Assembly (NCBI GenBank): GCA_036172245.1
Contig: JAYWIR010000011.1
Location: 3,658,001 to 3,722,000 of the forward strand
Length of the DNA: 64,000 nucleotides
DNA from: Raillietiella orientalis
Taxonomy: Eukaryota
Direction: 5' to 3'
Below the pieces are notes generated by a model. That model did no database searches. It saw nothing but the letters and a program-made list of their open reading frames with translations, and had not been told where the DNA came from. A program made the translations under genes and the position numbers. Shown one piece after another: positions 40,720 to 51,450 of the stretch (the stretch's first letter is position 1; each line of letters begins with the position of its first letter).

Positions 40720-40800
40720 TGGCGGCCGTGTGACCGCGGTCTCCTCGCCCGTGGCAACAGACACCGCGGGTTCGAATCCCACCCTGGGATGGGTCGACTC
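40720..40800 (+). other. tRNA-like B box (possible SINE head remnant)
   Basis: gggttcgaatccc at 40768-40780; only a weak A box upstream and no cloverleaf. Confidence 0.35.
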
Positions 40801-40849
40801 CGAGAATGTAGGGTGTGAGACGTAAGTTTCGAGTTCCTTTCCGCAGGAT

Positions 40850-41460
40850 GACGCTGGCTGGACCACGAGCTCGGGACGCGGCACTAGTGAAATCCGGAAA
40901 CCCCGGATGCCCCAGCTGACTGACCTTCGGCATTGAAAGCTGACCCTCTGGGGTCCTTCCAGAAATCAAGGAGCCCGTTCCCTTTGGAGTCTCTCCCACT
41001 GGTTGTGAAAATGGAGTACCAGGGAGCACGATAGATGGTTGATACACCCTTCGGGGTTACCTCCAGAGTGTTAAGAAGATATTATCTGTTCTCTTCGGGG
41101 AGAGACCCTTCAGAGAAATTGGGAAGCGTCCCTTCGGGGTTCTCTTCAAAGGAGGCAAACCAATAGCGTATCCGTTGTGGTTTCCTTCCAGAGAAGAAAT
41201 GAGACCCCCCACCTCCCACAAACCGGATGGTCCCTCCGTGAATGATGAAGAAGAGGTTTTCTGTGGAGTTCCCTTCGAAGACAACCAGAGCGAGGGCTTC
41301 CTTTGGGGTTTCCTCCCATGTGTGAGAGGATTGGACACCTGCCTCCGGAGCCTTCTTGGATGCATAAGGTGATTCCTATTGGGCACCTCCTAACTTGAAG
41401 GGCTAACACGCACTCCCTGCTGGCGTATAGCAATGCTGAAGAGCCCTGCAAGCCGCCAGG
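40850..41460 (-). mobile_element. Family A 5' UTR and ORF1 N-terminal fragment
   Basis: Similar to 58630-59200 (acgcca..gtg/acgtgtta..tcaagtta; ggctccggagg; ggggtccttccag.aatca). Confidence 0.65.
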
Positions 41461-41569
41461 AAAACGGTTTTTTAGTTCTTAGCGAACCCCTAAAAAAAAA
41501 AGGTTGGAATAGAAAACAGCGGAAACTGAAGAATACAGAAGGATTTGCATTATCCTTTTTTCCTCTCTC

Positions 41570-42475
41570 CCTAAGGGACGCAAAGAGCAGCGTAATCCCG
41601 GCAAGGTGGGAAGTGAATTGCGGCATAACAGCCAAGAAGAAAGCATTGAGAGCGTGGACAACTCTGGGGATGACGAACGCTGCGACCTCGAGTGTCCCAC
41701 CTCAAGGACTTGTACGCTAAGAAGAACTGTTTGACATCTCTCCGGAGGAGGTGAAGTTGCCCCGAGCGAGCTCTGATACAGCGGCACCCTCCCCCTCAAG
41801 TGGCAGGAGTCGGAGTTGCTGGTGTTGCATGGGGGAATCCTATGCAAAGAGCGCCTCCACCACTAGATACGGAGGAGGGTGGACGCTCAGACCGCGACAG
41901 CTGCGGGAAGAAGGAGATCCTCCTACACCTGCTGTTGGATTGTGCTGCCCCCTGACCCCTTTGGGATCGCTTCGCGACGATCCTAGGAGTCTCGATGGGT
42001 GGCCCCAGGGACATTTTCAAACGCCTCTTCGCACGTGATGCCCCAATGCTGCCAGCCGCGTCCCTAGAAGCTCTCTGCTGCGTCCGCGGAATCGCAGCTG
42101 CCTAGAATGTGGGAAGAAGGTGCCAGAATGGCAGGAACGCCATGTACTGGGCACGGATCTTCCTGAGGACCGGTTCGAGATGACCTTATCTGGGAGTTTT
42201 GAAACAGGAACTTGCCAGCATCCTGAACAGGATGCAGAGGACACCTGGCAGCGTACCGTGATCCCTTCCTCCGTCTCCCTCCCCTTCCTCGCGTATAATT
42301 TTCCTTCCCCTGTTTTGCGGGTTTATTTGTTTTGGTTCTGTTTTCCCTTCTCCCACGCTGCCGAAGAGGACCTCGCCTGTCTGCGTACAACTCTTCGGAA
42401 GGTTCATTGCGCGTGATGTATCTACAAGATGTATCTTTATTACGCAACGTAATAAATTCTCACTCCGTGAGAATC
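41570..42475 (+). mobile_element. Family A 3' part (ORF1 end, zf-RVT, 3' UTR)
   Basis: WEVNCGITAKKKALRAWTTLGMTNAATSSVPPQGLV, YLGVLKQELASILNRMQRTP; ends aataaa plus attctcac-tcc-gtgagaat hairpin. Confidence 0.7.
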
Positions 42476-43299
42476 ATCTTCTTTTCCTATCGATGGCAAT
42501 ACTAATTCCCGGCGAACCAAATTATTGGTTGATTGATCGACATGGGCTGACCTCCGTCAACAAGCAAAAATTCTTCCGCGGATATCTGCTGAGCCTTTTT
42601 TTTCTTAGAGGAAAGGAGCAACTGCGCTGATTTCTTCGTCGTTCCCAGCAGGCGGCAAAAGATGGATGAGGAGAATCCTCATGCAACGAAAGGAGAAGAA
42701 GTCGTTGCTCCAGCAAACCTCCTCGAACGAGGGCGCTGTTTTCAATTTCCATCGATTCGTTCGTTTCTCATTCAATGGGAGTGCGGCTCCTGGAAACTCA
42801 ACCGGTTGCTTCAGAAGTATCGAGCTACTCTTGTGAGCATCTCGATGCATCATTATTAAGGTGAAGCTTCAATCCAGTGAATCGCGATTCCTACAGGAGC
42901 GATGCTCTGCGAGACTTCCGAACGCAACTCCCTACGAAGATTCCTCTCAGGCGAGAGTTCCTGAATTGAGATTTACGGGGTGCAGCCTACCGCATCCGAC
43001 TTTTTTGCCAAAATGAGATTAAGAGAATGCAGCGTCCAAGCTTCGTCTGGAGCCACTGCTTGGCAAGTGGAGCTGTGCCCCACGGTGCTTTCTAATTAGG
43101 TCATTCTCCATCCACAAGTGGTGCGACGGGAGTGCGCCAGGTGAAAAGAGCATTTGCAAGCGTCGATCTGCGGAGGGTATGGTGGAATTCTCTTGTTTCC
43201 CGAACGCGGAAATGGAGGTCGCTGGAAATTCTTCAAGCATTTGCTGACCAACGATGAATTTTGTGGGCAGCACTTTTCGAGCAGGTTGCGAAGCAATGG

Positions 43300-43640
43300 G
43301 TCCGTCTGGCATCGATGAGTGGAAGGGAGAATGCAAACCAGAAAGAAAATCCTCATAAAGACCGATCCAATGTCAATCGATCGACGTGTGGAGGTGACAG
43401 ACGGGTGATGAGAGATTCAGCGGCCACCAAGGCGCACTGTAGTGTGGTAGTCTTTGCGACCTGGGTTCTCGCACAGGAGGAGTCTGCAAGTTCGTTGTAG
43501 CCTTCCACTTCCCCTCGTGGTTCTGCAAAGCAGAGTCGGCAGTCGTGCGAGGGTTGCACAGCGGCATGCATAGGAAGAATACCCTTGGGAGCTAAAGGGA
43601 AAACAAGAAGGAAAACAGGGTTTCGTAATTCAAGTGCATG
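43300..43640 (+). mobile_element. Short paralogue of the 36.8 kb L1-like fragment
   Basis: gatcgac..gtggag..ggtgac.gacgggtgat..cagc.gccaccaa.gc.cact..agtgtggtagtc is shared. Confidence 0.6.
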
Positions 43641-44004
43641 CCGGATCCTAGTGTGGTGGATCGGGTTAAGAATTGCTTTGTAAGTAGTCAAATGGTGCTT
43701 TTCATCCGAACTGGTGGACCATGGAAAAGATTCCAGTGAAAAAGGAGTTGAATTTAAGGGCTGAGATTTCAAAGTCAAATCCTGAGGACAGAGAACTCGC
43801 GCCTCGCATCCACGTCCGGCACTCGGGACCAGTTTTTCAAAGATAAAAGAAATAGAAAACATGCAGTGGTAGGTAGTCAGCCATCTGCCTCGTCGAAACA
43901 ACGAGGTTTGAACATCGCTGGGAAAACACAACTTGTGAAGCGACTGGACTTGGGCTCTAACAAGTGGAAACTATAAATAGGAGAAGCACAGGATGAGTTT
44001 AACA

Positions 44005-44600
44005 CCGTTGTTGCCACCCGGGTAATCCCGGGGCGTTTATTAAAAACTCTATACAAACGTGGTACGAGGCCCCACTAACGGTCACACAGCACCGGACCTG
44101 CCGGGACGCCGGGACGTAGCCCGGCGTGACTCTCCTCGGCAGTGGAAGGGGATGGGAGAGAAAACAAAAAGAAGAAGAAAAATAAAGAAAAAACAAAAAG
44201 AGTTTGGAGGGAGGGGAAGGGATCACGGTCCACTTGGAGGAGGGTCCATCCGCATTCCATTCAGTTGGGGCCATCCGGCAGCTCTCGTCAGGAAGCGAAG
44301 TGCATATGAAATGACGTCCCTCTCGTTGTGGCTATCTTCTTCGCCGTGGGCATCGCTCCAAGCCTCCACGATGCCTCGGATGCAGCACAGTGCTGCAACG
44401 GCCGCGGCTGGCTGCAGGGCGTCCCGCACGAAGAGAAGCCGGAAAACGTCTCTGGGCGCCCTGCCCGTAGGGAACCCGTGGGTCGTCCCGAACCGTTCTC
44501 AGAGGGGTCGGAGGGCAGCACAGTCAACAAGTAGGCGGGGGAGCGAATCCCGCTCCCCACACCTGACACACTCAGGCCTTACACTTCCCCGCGTCCAGTT
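44005..44600 (-). mobile_element. Family A 3' fragment
   Basis: RLLVDCAALRPL..RDALQPAAAVAALCCIRG; terminal AATAAA plus hairpin at 44015-44041. Confidence 0.75.
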
Positions 44601-45120
44601 TACCACCGTTGACGGAGGGGTGAGGACATGCGTCATCGGATCTGCTCACAGTTTCCCAGGTCCCATTCGCTGCACATGCCAGCCAGAACCAATTCGCTTT
44701 ACTTCTAAGCATAGCCAGTGGTTTTCTTGGGGAGGTGTCACGTGGCAGAATCCCGCCAGAGATGAAGCGACCGCATAGAGGCGCAAAGGATGTACATTCA
44801 AACAACACCGGGGATTGCAGCGTCCCTGCGGAATCGCGTTTCAACTCCCGCTGCAGCTTCCGCAGCATCCCAGGAGCAAGTGAACAGAAGGATCTCACGC
44901 TTTCGCATGGGGCGTGAGAAGAAAACCTGCGGAGAAACACGGGGCTCACACGCTCCTTGGGAGACGATCCTCTGCGGATGGAGGATGTCCAGAAGAAACG
45001 TCAGTACCCGTCAGCCAGAAGGCAGCGTTCTGGAAGCTAGGGGAGGATTTGGAAGCGGAAGATCTGGAATTTCAGCTCACCGAGTACAAAAAGAAAAAGA
45101 AGTCCGCACGAATCTGATAA
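44600..45120 (+). mobile_element. Family A ORF1 C-terminal fragment (inverted relative to its neighbour)
   Basis: SQEQVNRRISRFRMGREKKTC resembles TQELRAEQMRRFRYARKNNC at 58.3 kb; ends KKKKKSARI*. Confidence 0.5.
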
Positions 45121-46789
45121 ACCACACGCAGTCAGCTCGATAATGAAATTTTCCTGTGAGGCGAGCGGACGCGAATGCTGCTGGGAGAGTGGAGTCGAAG
45201 TGTGGACTCGTATTTTTTTGGACGGCGTGGATCTCAATCACCCGAGTGGTGCGGAAGCCGCGATATTTCCGAATCCACCGGCTTTTTCCACCATCAGCTG
45301 GGGTTACTGCTCCAGTTGATCGGGTTGCGAGGTGCTTGTTGGTCCTCGAGTTCTCTACCAGAACTCCAAGATCGGTTTCCTAAGAACGCAGATCATGAAT
45401 AGGAATGAGGCGAAATTTGCATTTCCCATAGACCGAGATGGCCACGCAAAGCTGGAAATTCAGACATGCGAGTTTCGACAAAGCTGTAAAATCAGGATTG
45501 CTCAGGGATCCAGACACAAGGAAGAGAACACGTTATCAGCAGTCTTCATCACTTCTTTCGCAGTCGTTTGAACTTTCTCGACCCAGAAGCGCAAAACTTG
45601 ATTTTTCTGATTTTCGAAATTTTTCTCTTAGAGCTTTCGAAATGCATCCGCTTCCCGTTCTGATTGTGGCCTGGAAAAAGTTGAGCTTTATCCTAGCATT
45701 CTTAGGCCAATGGGCTTTTCCCTTTCTGGTTTGAAAAAAAAAAAAATTCATGTTTTCCATTTTTCTAGAATGAATTTTAGTGCTTTTGATCGCCATTCAT
45801 AGCAAACTTGTGTTTTGATAACTGCTTACAGATACCAGGTCGTCCTGCCTGCAAAGCGATGCTGGGAACGCGTTGGGTGACTTCGGAAATTTGGGCGCTG
45901 CATAAACAGCAAGATTCTTTCTTTCAAGGCAGCTCGAGATCTGAGAGAACCAACAGTCGTTTGTTTTGCCGTAGGCCTTCAGAAAAGACAAGAAATTCAG
46001 TACAGATTTCACGGAAGGAGCCAGGACTTGGCGAGACAACACCGCAGTGGTGGAAGGGGAGGAGAACACGATTTTGAAACGCTAAACAGAAGGCTGTTTC
46101 CTGCTATTGCTGTAGGGGCAGAGCTGGAGAAGTTTTGCCATGAGCGCACCATACCCCCATAGCTTCTGGTGAGTTGTGACTCCGAAACGGTGCTTCTCAG
46201 GAAGAGGCACATCAGGAAATGAAATTCCACCTTCAAGCTTCCTGGAACAAGTCCGTAGCCGGAGTGGACTCTCGTTGATACTGAGGAAAACTGTTGTCCT
46301 GGACTGCGCCTGCCCCTGGCTGGGACTGTCCTCCTGGAAAAGAGAGAGAATGGGGCAACCAGAGAGAGCAATAACCGATGCAGATCCAGGGGATGAAGCT
46401 CTGTATGGTTTCGTCATGGCATCGATAGCCAATCTTCCCATTATGGGAATGGAAGAAAGCAGGATAGTGCCTATTCCTCTGCCAGTCTGCATTCTCCCAA
46501 ATAATGTGCTCTTTTAAAGTCCTACTTCTTCCAGATTGCATGTTTGGATTACATCCTTTGGCCTTTTCATATATACGACTCTTAGATTCCAACTTTAAAT
46601 ACATGAGCTCATTTGTTCGTATACAAAGATGTCAACAAAGTACAATCAGATGGAATGCAATCCACTGCTTGCGTCTTTGGACTGATGTTTTTTTACAGAC
46701 TGATAATTTTCTTAAGCTGAGTAAGAAGTTTTCTGGCATTCCAAGTATTGCAGGTATTCTTCTTTCCACAAAAGCTGCTGGGCTTTGAA

Positions 46790-47330
46790 TGTGGCACTCG
46801 CGGGAGCAGGATGCTTCCGTTGACTAGCCGGGATCGGAATCTGACCCTACGTGGTTCTTCCGGGAATCAAGAAGTCAGTTCCCCTTCGGGCTCTCCCTTG
46901 GTGGTGAAGGTGGAGCCATCCTCCCTTTCTTCAGGAGGGACGCTTTACTTCGTACTATAAAGCTGGTTGATATGTTCACAGGGAATGGTCTCTCCAGAGA
47001 GTAAGCGCCCATTCAGAGAAATCCGGAAGTGTCCCTCCGGATTGCTCTTCAGAGCAGTCATCAAGGAGAGGTTCTCTCGCTGGTTCTTTCCAGAGAAGGA
47101 ATTCCGGGAACAGATCCTTTACGCATGTGGATTTCTTTATATATTTACAAAAAAAGAAAGGAATGGTGTGCTCCACAGGTCCTTGCAGCTTGAAACAGTT
47201 TCCGACAAAGACTTACTCTTGGAGGCAGATAGTGAGCGCGGGACCTGCTTCTCACCTCTGCTTACCTTTAGAGAGAAACCCGGAACTTGACATTCCAAAT
47301 GTACTCCCTCCAGAGACGTGATTCATAGGC
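46790..47330 (-). mobile_element. Family A-related ORF1 N-terminal fragment
   Basis: ATGAAT..TGGAGG start and ggttcttccgggaatcaag patch shared with 40.95 and 58.78 kb; LTLWR shared with 41.06 kb. Confidence 0.5.
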
Positions 47331-47869
47331 GTTAACGGTGCTCAGCTGTCCAACCAGAAGAGGCCCAGCTGTAATCAAGAAAACTCCTTGTTTCCAGCTT
47401 GCACAATCTGATTTTGTCATTTTCGCCCTTCTTTCCTGGAGCCGACGATGGAAATTTCAGTGTATTTTCAACCTTCCGCACCCTCCACTGCTTTCTGCGT
47501 CTCCAGCAGAGTGACCGTCGATGATCTTTTCGTTTTTCCGAAATGTCTCAATGCGATGTATCCCCTTTGATGTCCATAGGATCATCTGATGGCAGGTAAC
47601 ACTAAGCAGAAGACTCGCAGCCATAATGGGTTTAAATCATCGTCATAAAAGTTCCTAGAGTTCTTGGAACATTGAGAGCAATTCCTATGCAGTGAGAGTG
47701 CACTCGAAGCCAAAGCCCAGATCTGGTACTCCAGAGAAAGAGGGAAGCTGATCATACTGGACGTCACTTGCCCTTACGAGTACCCGCCAATGGTGCTAAA
47801 AGAGCTGAGGCAGAACAAATATCAAGGCTGACCTTTCCTCTAGAAGTGCGCTTGCAACAGTGAAGACGT

Positions 47870-48190
47870 TTGTTTATCACCCGGATGCGCCGGGGCGTTT
47901 ATTAAAAAACTATCCGGGAACAGAGTTCCTGGACAAAGGAAAAACAAGAGACGAAGGGTGTGGGATCCCCGACACGCAGGTCGGTATGCCGAAAGTCCGG
48001 AACGGGAGGGAGGGGACCACAAATACACTACTATAAAAAAATAAAAATAAAAATATGGAGGGCAGGGGACAGGGGTCTTTGGTTCGGCCGTTGTGAAGAC
48101 GTTTGTCATAGGATCTTCGAATTCGGCGCACGGCTTAGAACGCAAGACAGCCGCAGCACATCCAAGGAGGAATGGTGCGCTTAAACATCC
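47870..48190 (-). mobile_element. Family B 3' UTR fragment
   Basis: ccccgacacgcaggt..gaaagtccggaac.ggaggg and aaaatatggaggg are nearly identical to 56530-56630; terminal hairpin at 47878-47903. Confidence 0.8.
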
Positions 48191-50269
48191 AGCATTACCA
48201 GCACCTATAATGAAGGCACGGAAGGGTCACTGCTCGCAAGGGGACAGTCATTCAGAATAGCAGCCCGTCATTAGAACGAGCCAAGGAGAACAGGCAGACT
48301 GGGAAAGTGGTGGAGACTTCCCTCTTTTCCCTATTCCTTGGCGATCTTTGACAGCAAAGCGCCAGAATAACCGCGAGAACAGAGACTACTTTTAATGATT
48401 CGTCACCGTTATTACTATTTATGGCTGCCATTTTGCAGAGCTATCAAAAACTTCTTTTTCATCTGCAGCACAACTGATTTCTTTTCCCATCAGAGGACGC
48501 CCTTATCTCCCTTTTTGGAGAAAATCTAGGTAGAACTTCCTGAAGGTGGAAGACAGTAGAGTACACCTTTCATCATGGTCATATTGCATGCTTCCTTGTG
48601 TTCTTGTAATCTGTTTGCATGTAGCAAAGTATGAAGAAAGGAATAGAGAATGTCGCAGTAGCCTTGAGGCCGACATCAAATTAAGGATTTTTTCTTAGGA
48701 CACTCTTGCACCTTGGAAAGAAGTAAATCGCTTTTCGACTTCACGCTGTTGATTCCTTTGGGGATGAAAGCCATCTCTTTGCAAAAGCAGTGCTACGGAC
48801 GGTAAGAAATTGTTACTTCTTCGATGAGCTATTCTTCTAAGGAATTCCTGAGAAAGCAACGTTTAGAGTGTGAAGAGAATTCGGTTGAGGAACGAAGAGC
48901 ACACTCAGCTGATTCGAAAGTGCCAACACAAGTCGCAATATCATCAGGTGGAAAGGCATTCTTTTGATAGTTTGGTTCTTCGGAGAAGCCGTTTAGGGGC
49001 ACAGGAAAAGATTCGCTTCGTTTCAAGAAACTAAGCATTTTTTGTTCGTCGCATTTGCTCCCCCTTTGCTTCCGAGAATCTCACAGCCGCATCTCTCGGT
49101 GCTCAAGACACAGCTGGCAACTGTGATTCTTGGTGAATCCAATCTTCATGAATCTCAAGATGCCATTGAAGAACACAAAGAGCGGAACAACATGCAAACC
49201 TTTTCGCTTTCCTTCCCTCATACTACTGGAGACCTGAGAAGAATAAACAATAAGATAAAGAATAAAGAAAGAATCATTGCCTTCAATAGCATCGGCGATT
49301 TATCTTTTATGCTACCTTGAAAGCTCTCACACTAGAGATCCTGAGGGAATCTCGATTTTGGGGGATGCGTTTATCCTTTTGCCTCTCTCAATTTATGTGT
49401 CCAGAGCTGCTTTGTTTTAAGACTTTCTGAAATAATCTGTATATGAGTTCCATATATCATCTATACAGAAATACAAAAAGCAGAAAGCGTTCTGTGTGTT
49501 TTCTAGCAAGTAATGGATGGAATGCATCCCCTACAGGTGCTGATGATACTCTACGTTTTCCTGACCCTTCAAATGACTTCATCTGGAGCAGCCTCCTTGG
49601 AAGAACGTATGGACTTCAACTGCAGACTGCAAAATTCCAGTTCTCTTCAGGGATCACCTGAAGCTCTTCGAAATTCCATGGAACCTTTGTTCCGGTTTAT
49701 TTCTAATGCTTTGACCCTAAGAGACCTGACAAATGACTTATCCTTGTCCGGAAGCTGCAGAGCTATTCTAGAGTGTACCGTTCAGCCGTGACTTTGTCCT
49801 GATTGCATTTTGTCGTTGCCCTTGGCACTGAAAAGTCGAGCTCTCCTGAGTTTTGCCCCATCACCATGTAATCCTTGGAAACGGGATCTCTAGCTGAAGT
49901 TTCGCCCAGATGCGTTCATTTAAAGAAGCAAACCGCTGCCCAGCATCGGTGTGGGATTTTTCCTCTCAGTGACAAAGAAGGTGCCATCTCATGACCATGA
50001 TGGAGTGAATGAATCATCTCTTGTGTGAAGTAGTGCTCCTTCTGCGTGAGGGATGCTCCGAAATCATCTTTTACAAGCTTATGAAACCGAATTCCACTAC
50101 GACAAGCTATGAAGTGCTTAGGTTTCATGAAGCTGCCTAACATGGCCTTGCACTGTTGCCACTTGCATGAAGAGTTCTGCTAGCATCAACGAGGTCAGTT
50201 TAGGCATCGTGTCCTGGCCGTACAGGTAAACTTACGGCCTAAACTTGCCACCCTGCCTGCGGAACAAGA

Positions 50270-51450
50270 AATTTTTATTGCTAATGTGTGCAACTACATA
50301 GTGGGGCGCTATTCCACCCTCTTCAAGGTGCTTCCTCCGCTTCCTGACTTTCGCATGGTGAGACAAGATTGTCTGGATTCTCCGGCCTGCTGTCGGTTTT
50401 CCTTGCGACGTGCATAGATACCACTTGAGTACCGGATACATGCAGCCACCATCCGACGCTTCATTTCCACAAGCTTCTTCTCTCGTATTCCTAGATCTTG
50501 TAATACTTCATTACCAGGATCCCATGCTCCGCGAGCGCCAACGATGAACTCGATGATGATGTACTTTGCTATGCTTTCCACCTTTTCCCAGCTGTAGTGC
50601 TACGACCTTGTATTTACCAACCTTGTTTCTTCCTGGCTGTGCTGAACGTCTCTCTTCCATTTTCGTATGGGCAGCAGAAGTCTAGCACACATATCCGGTT
50701 TCCATTTTGCACGACCAGGTCGGGTTTTAAGGTGGAAGTTGTTCCTGGCATTCTCTGGTTTCTTGACACAAGACTCCACTTTGCTTCATCCACTGCGGCC
50801 TTTCTGATTATTTCCTGAATCGCGTTGTGGCGTGCCATGGACAGAGGAACGTGTTTCTTGCATCTATTTAATACGTGAGACAACGTTTCGTCCTCTGTCC
50901 CGCCACGCCGACATATGCATTCTTCTGGACTTTTCTGCTGACCCAGCGTTGATTGGCAGTACGTTGAGTCTTGCTGCGTTAATGGACTTGCAATCCCGGA
51001 ATCTCAGGTGGTGTTCATTAGTGTGGAAAAAGCTCAAATCCTGACGCATGCCCACACACTGCATGGCTTTCCCCTGACTAATGCGATTTTGGATTGCCAT
51101 GCGTGTTCCCTTTTCAGTGTTCTTACACCGCAGGTATGTTTTCTTCTCGTGCCGCTGGTGAAGATGATGCCGTCGATCGTTATATTCGGTTCTCCATCTT
51201 CGACATTTTAACGGGCTATTGCTCTTCTACAGGCCTTCCTTCCATTTGACCAAAGGCTCTCCCTGTCGTTGCTGGATTCTGCGGTTCTCCTGTATGAAAT
51301 CCACGTCACGAATCCCCCGAATTTTTCATCAGCCGAAGCTTCGCGGATTCTTTTTTGGACCACTCCGCCTAGTGTTTCATGAGCTAGCCTTTTTTACCGC
51401 GTTGTCCGGCGAGGTGAGTAACTTGAGTCAGCTACCATGATAAACATGCC
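50270..51450 (-). mobile_element. 3' fragment of a NeSL/Utopia-like RLE non-LTR retrotransposon
   Basis: QGKAMQCV..HLRFRD..AARLNVLPIN, SHVLNRC..ARHNAIQ..LKPDLVV..VLDFCCPYEN..ARKK, FIVGARGAWDPGNE; paralogue of the 18.6-19.4 kb copy. Confidence 0.9.

Noticed and set aside
40718..40800. HDV-like ribozyme (ctcctcgc and ggcaac motifs, partial P1/P3 pairing)
   Set aside because: Mismatches in P1 and P2 and no catalytic C in the J4/2 position; a B box is the simpler reading
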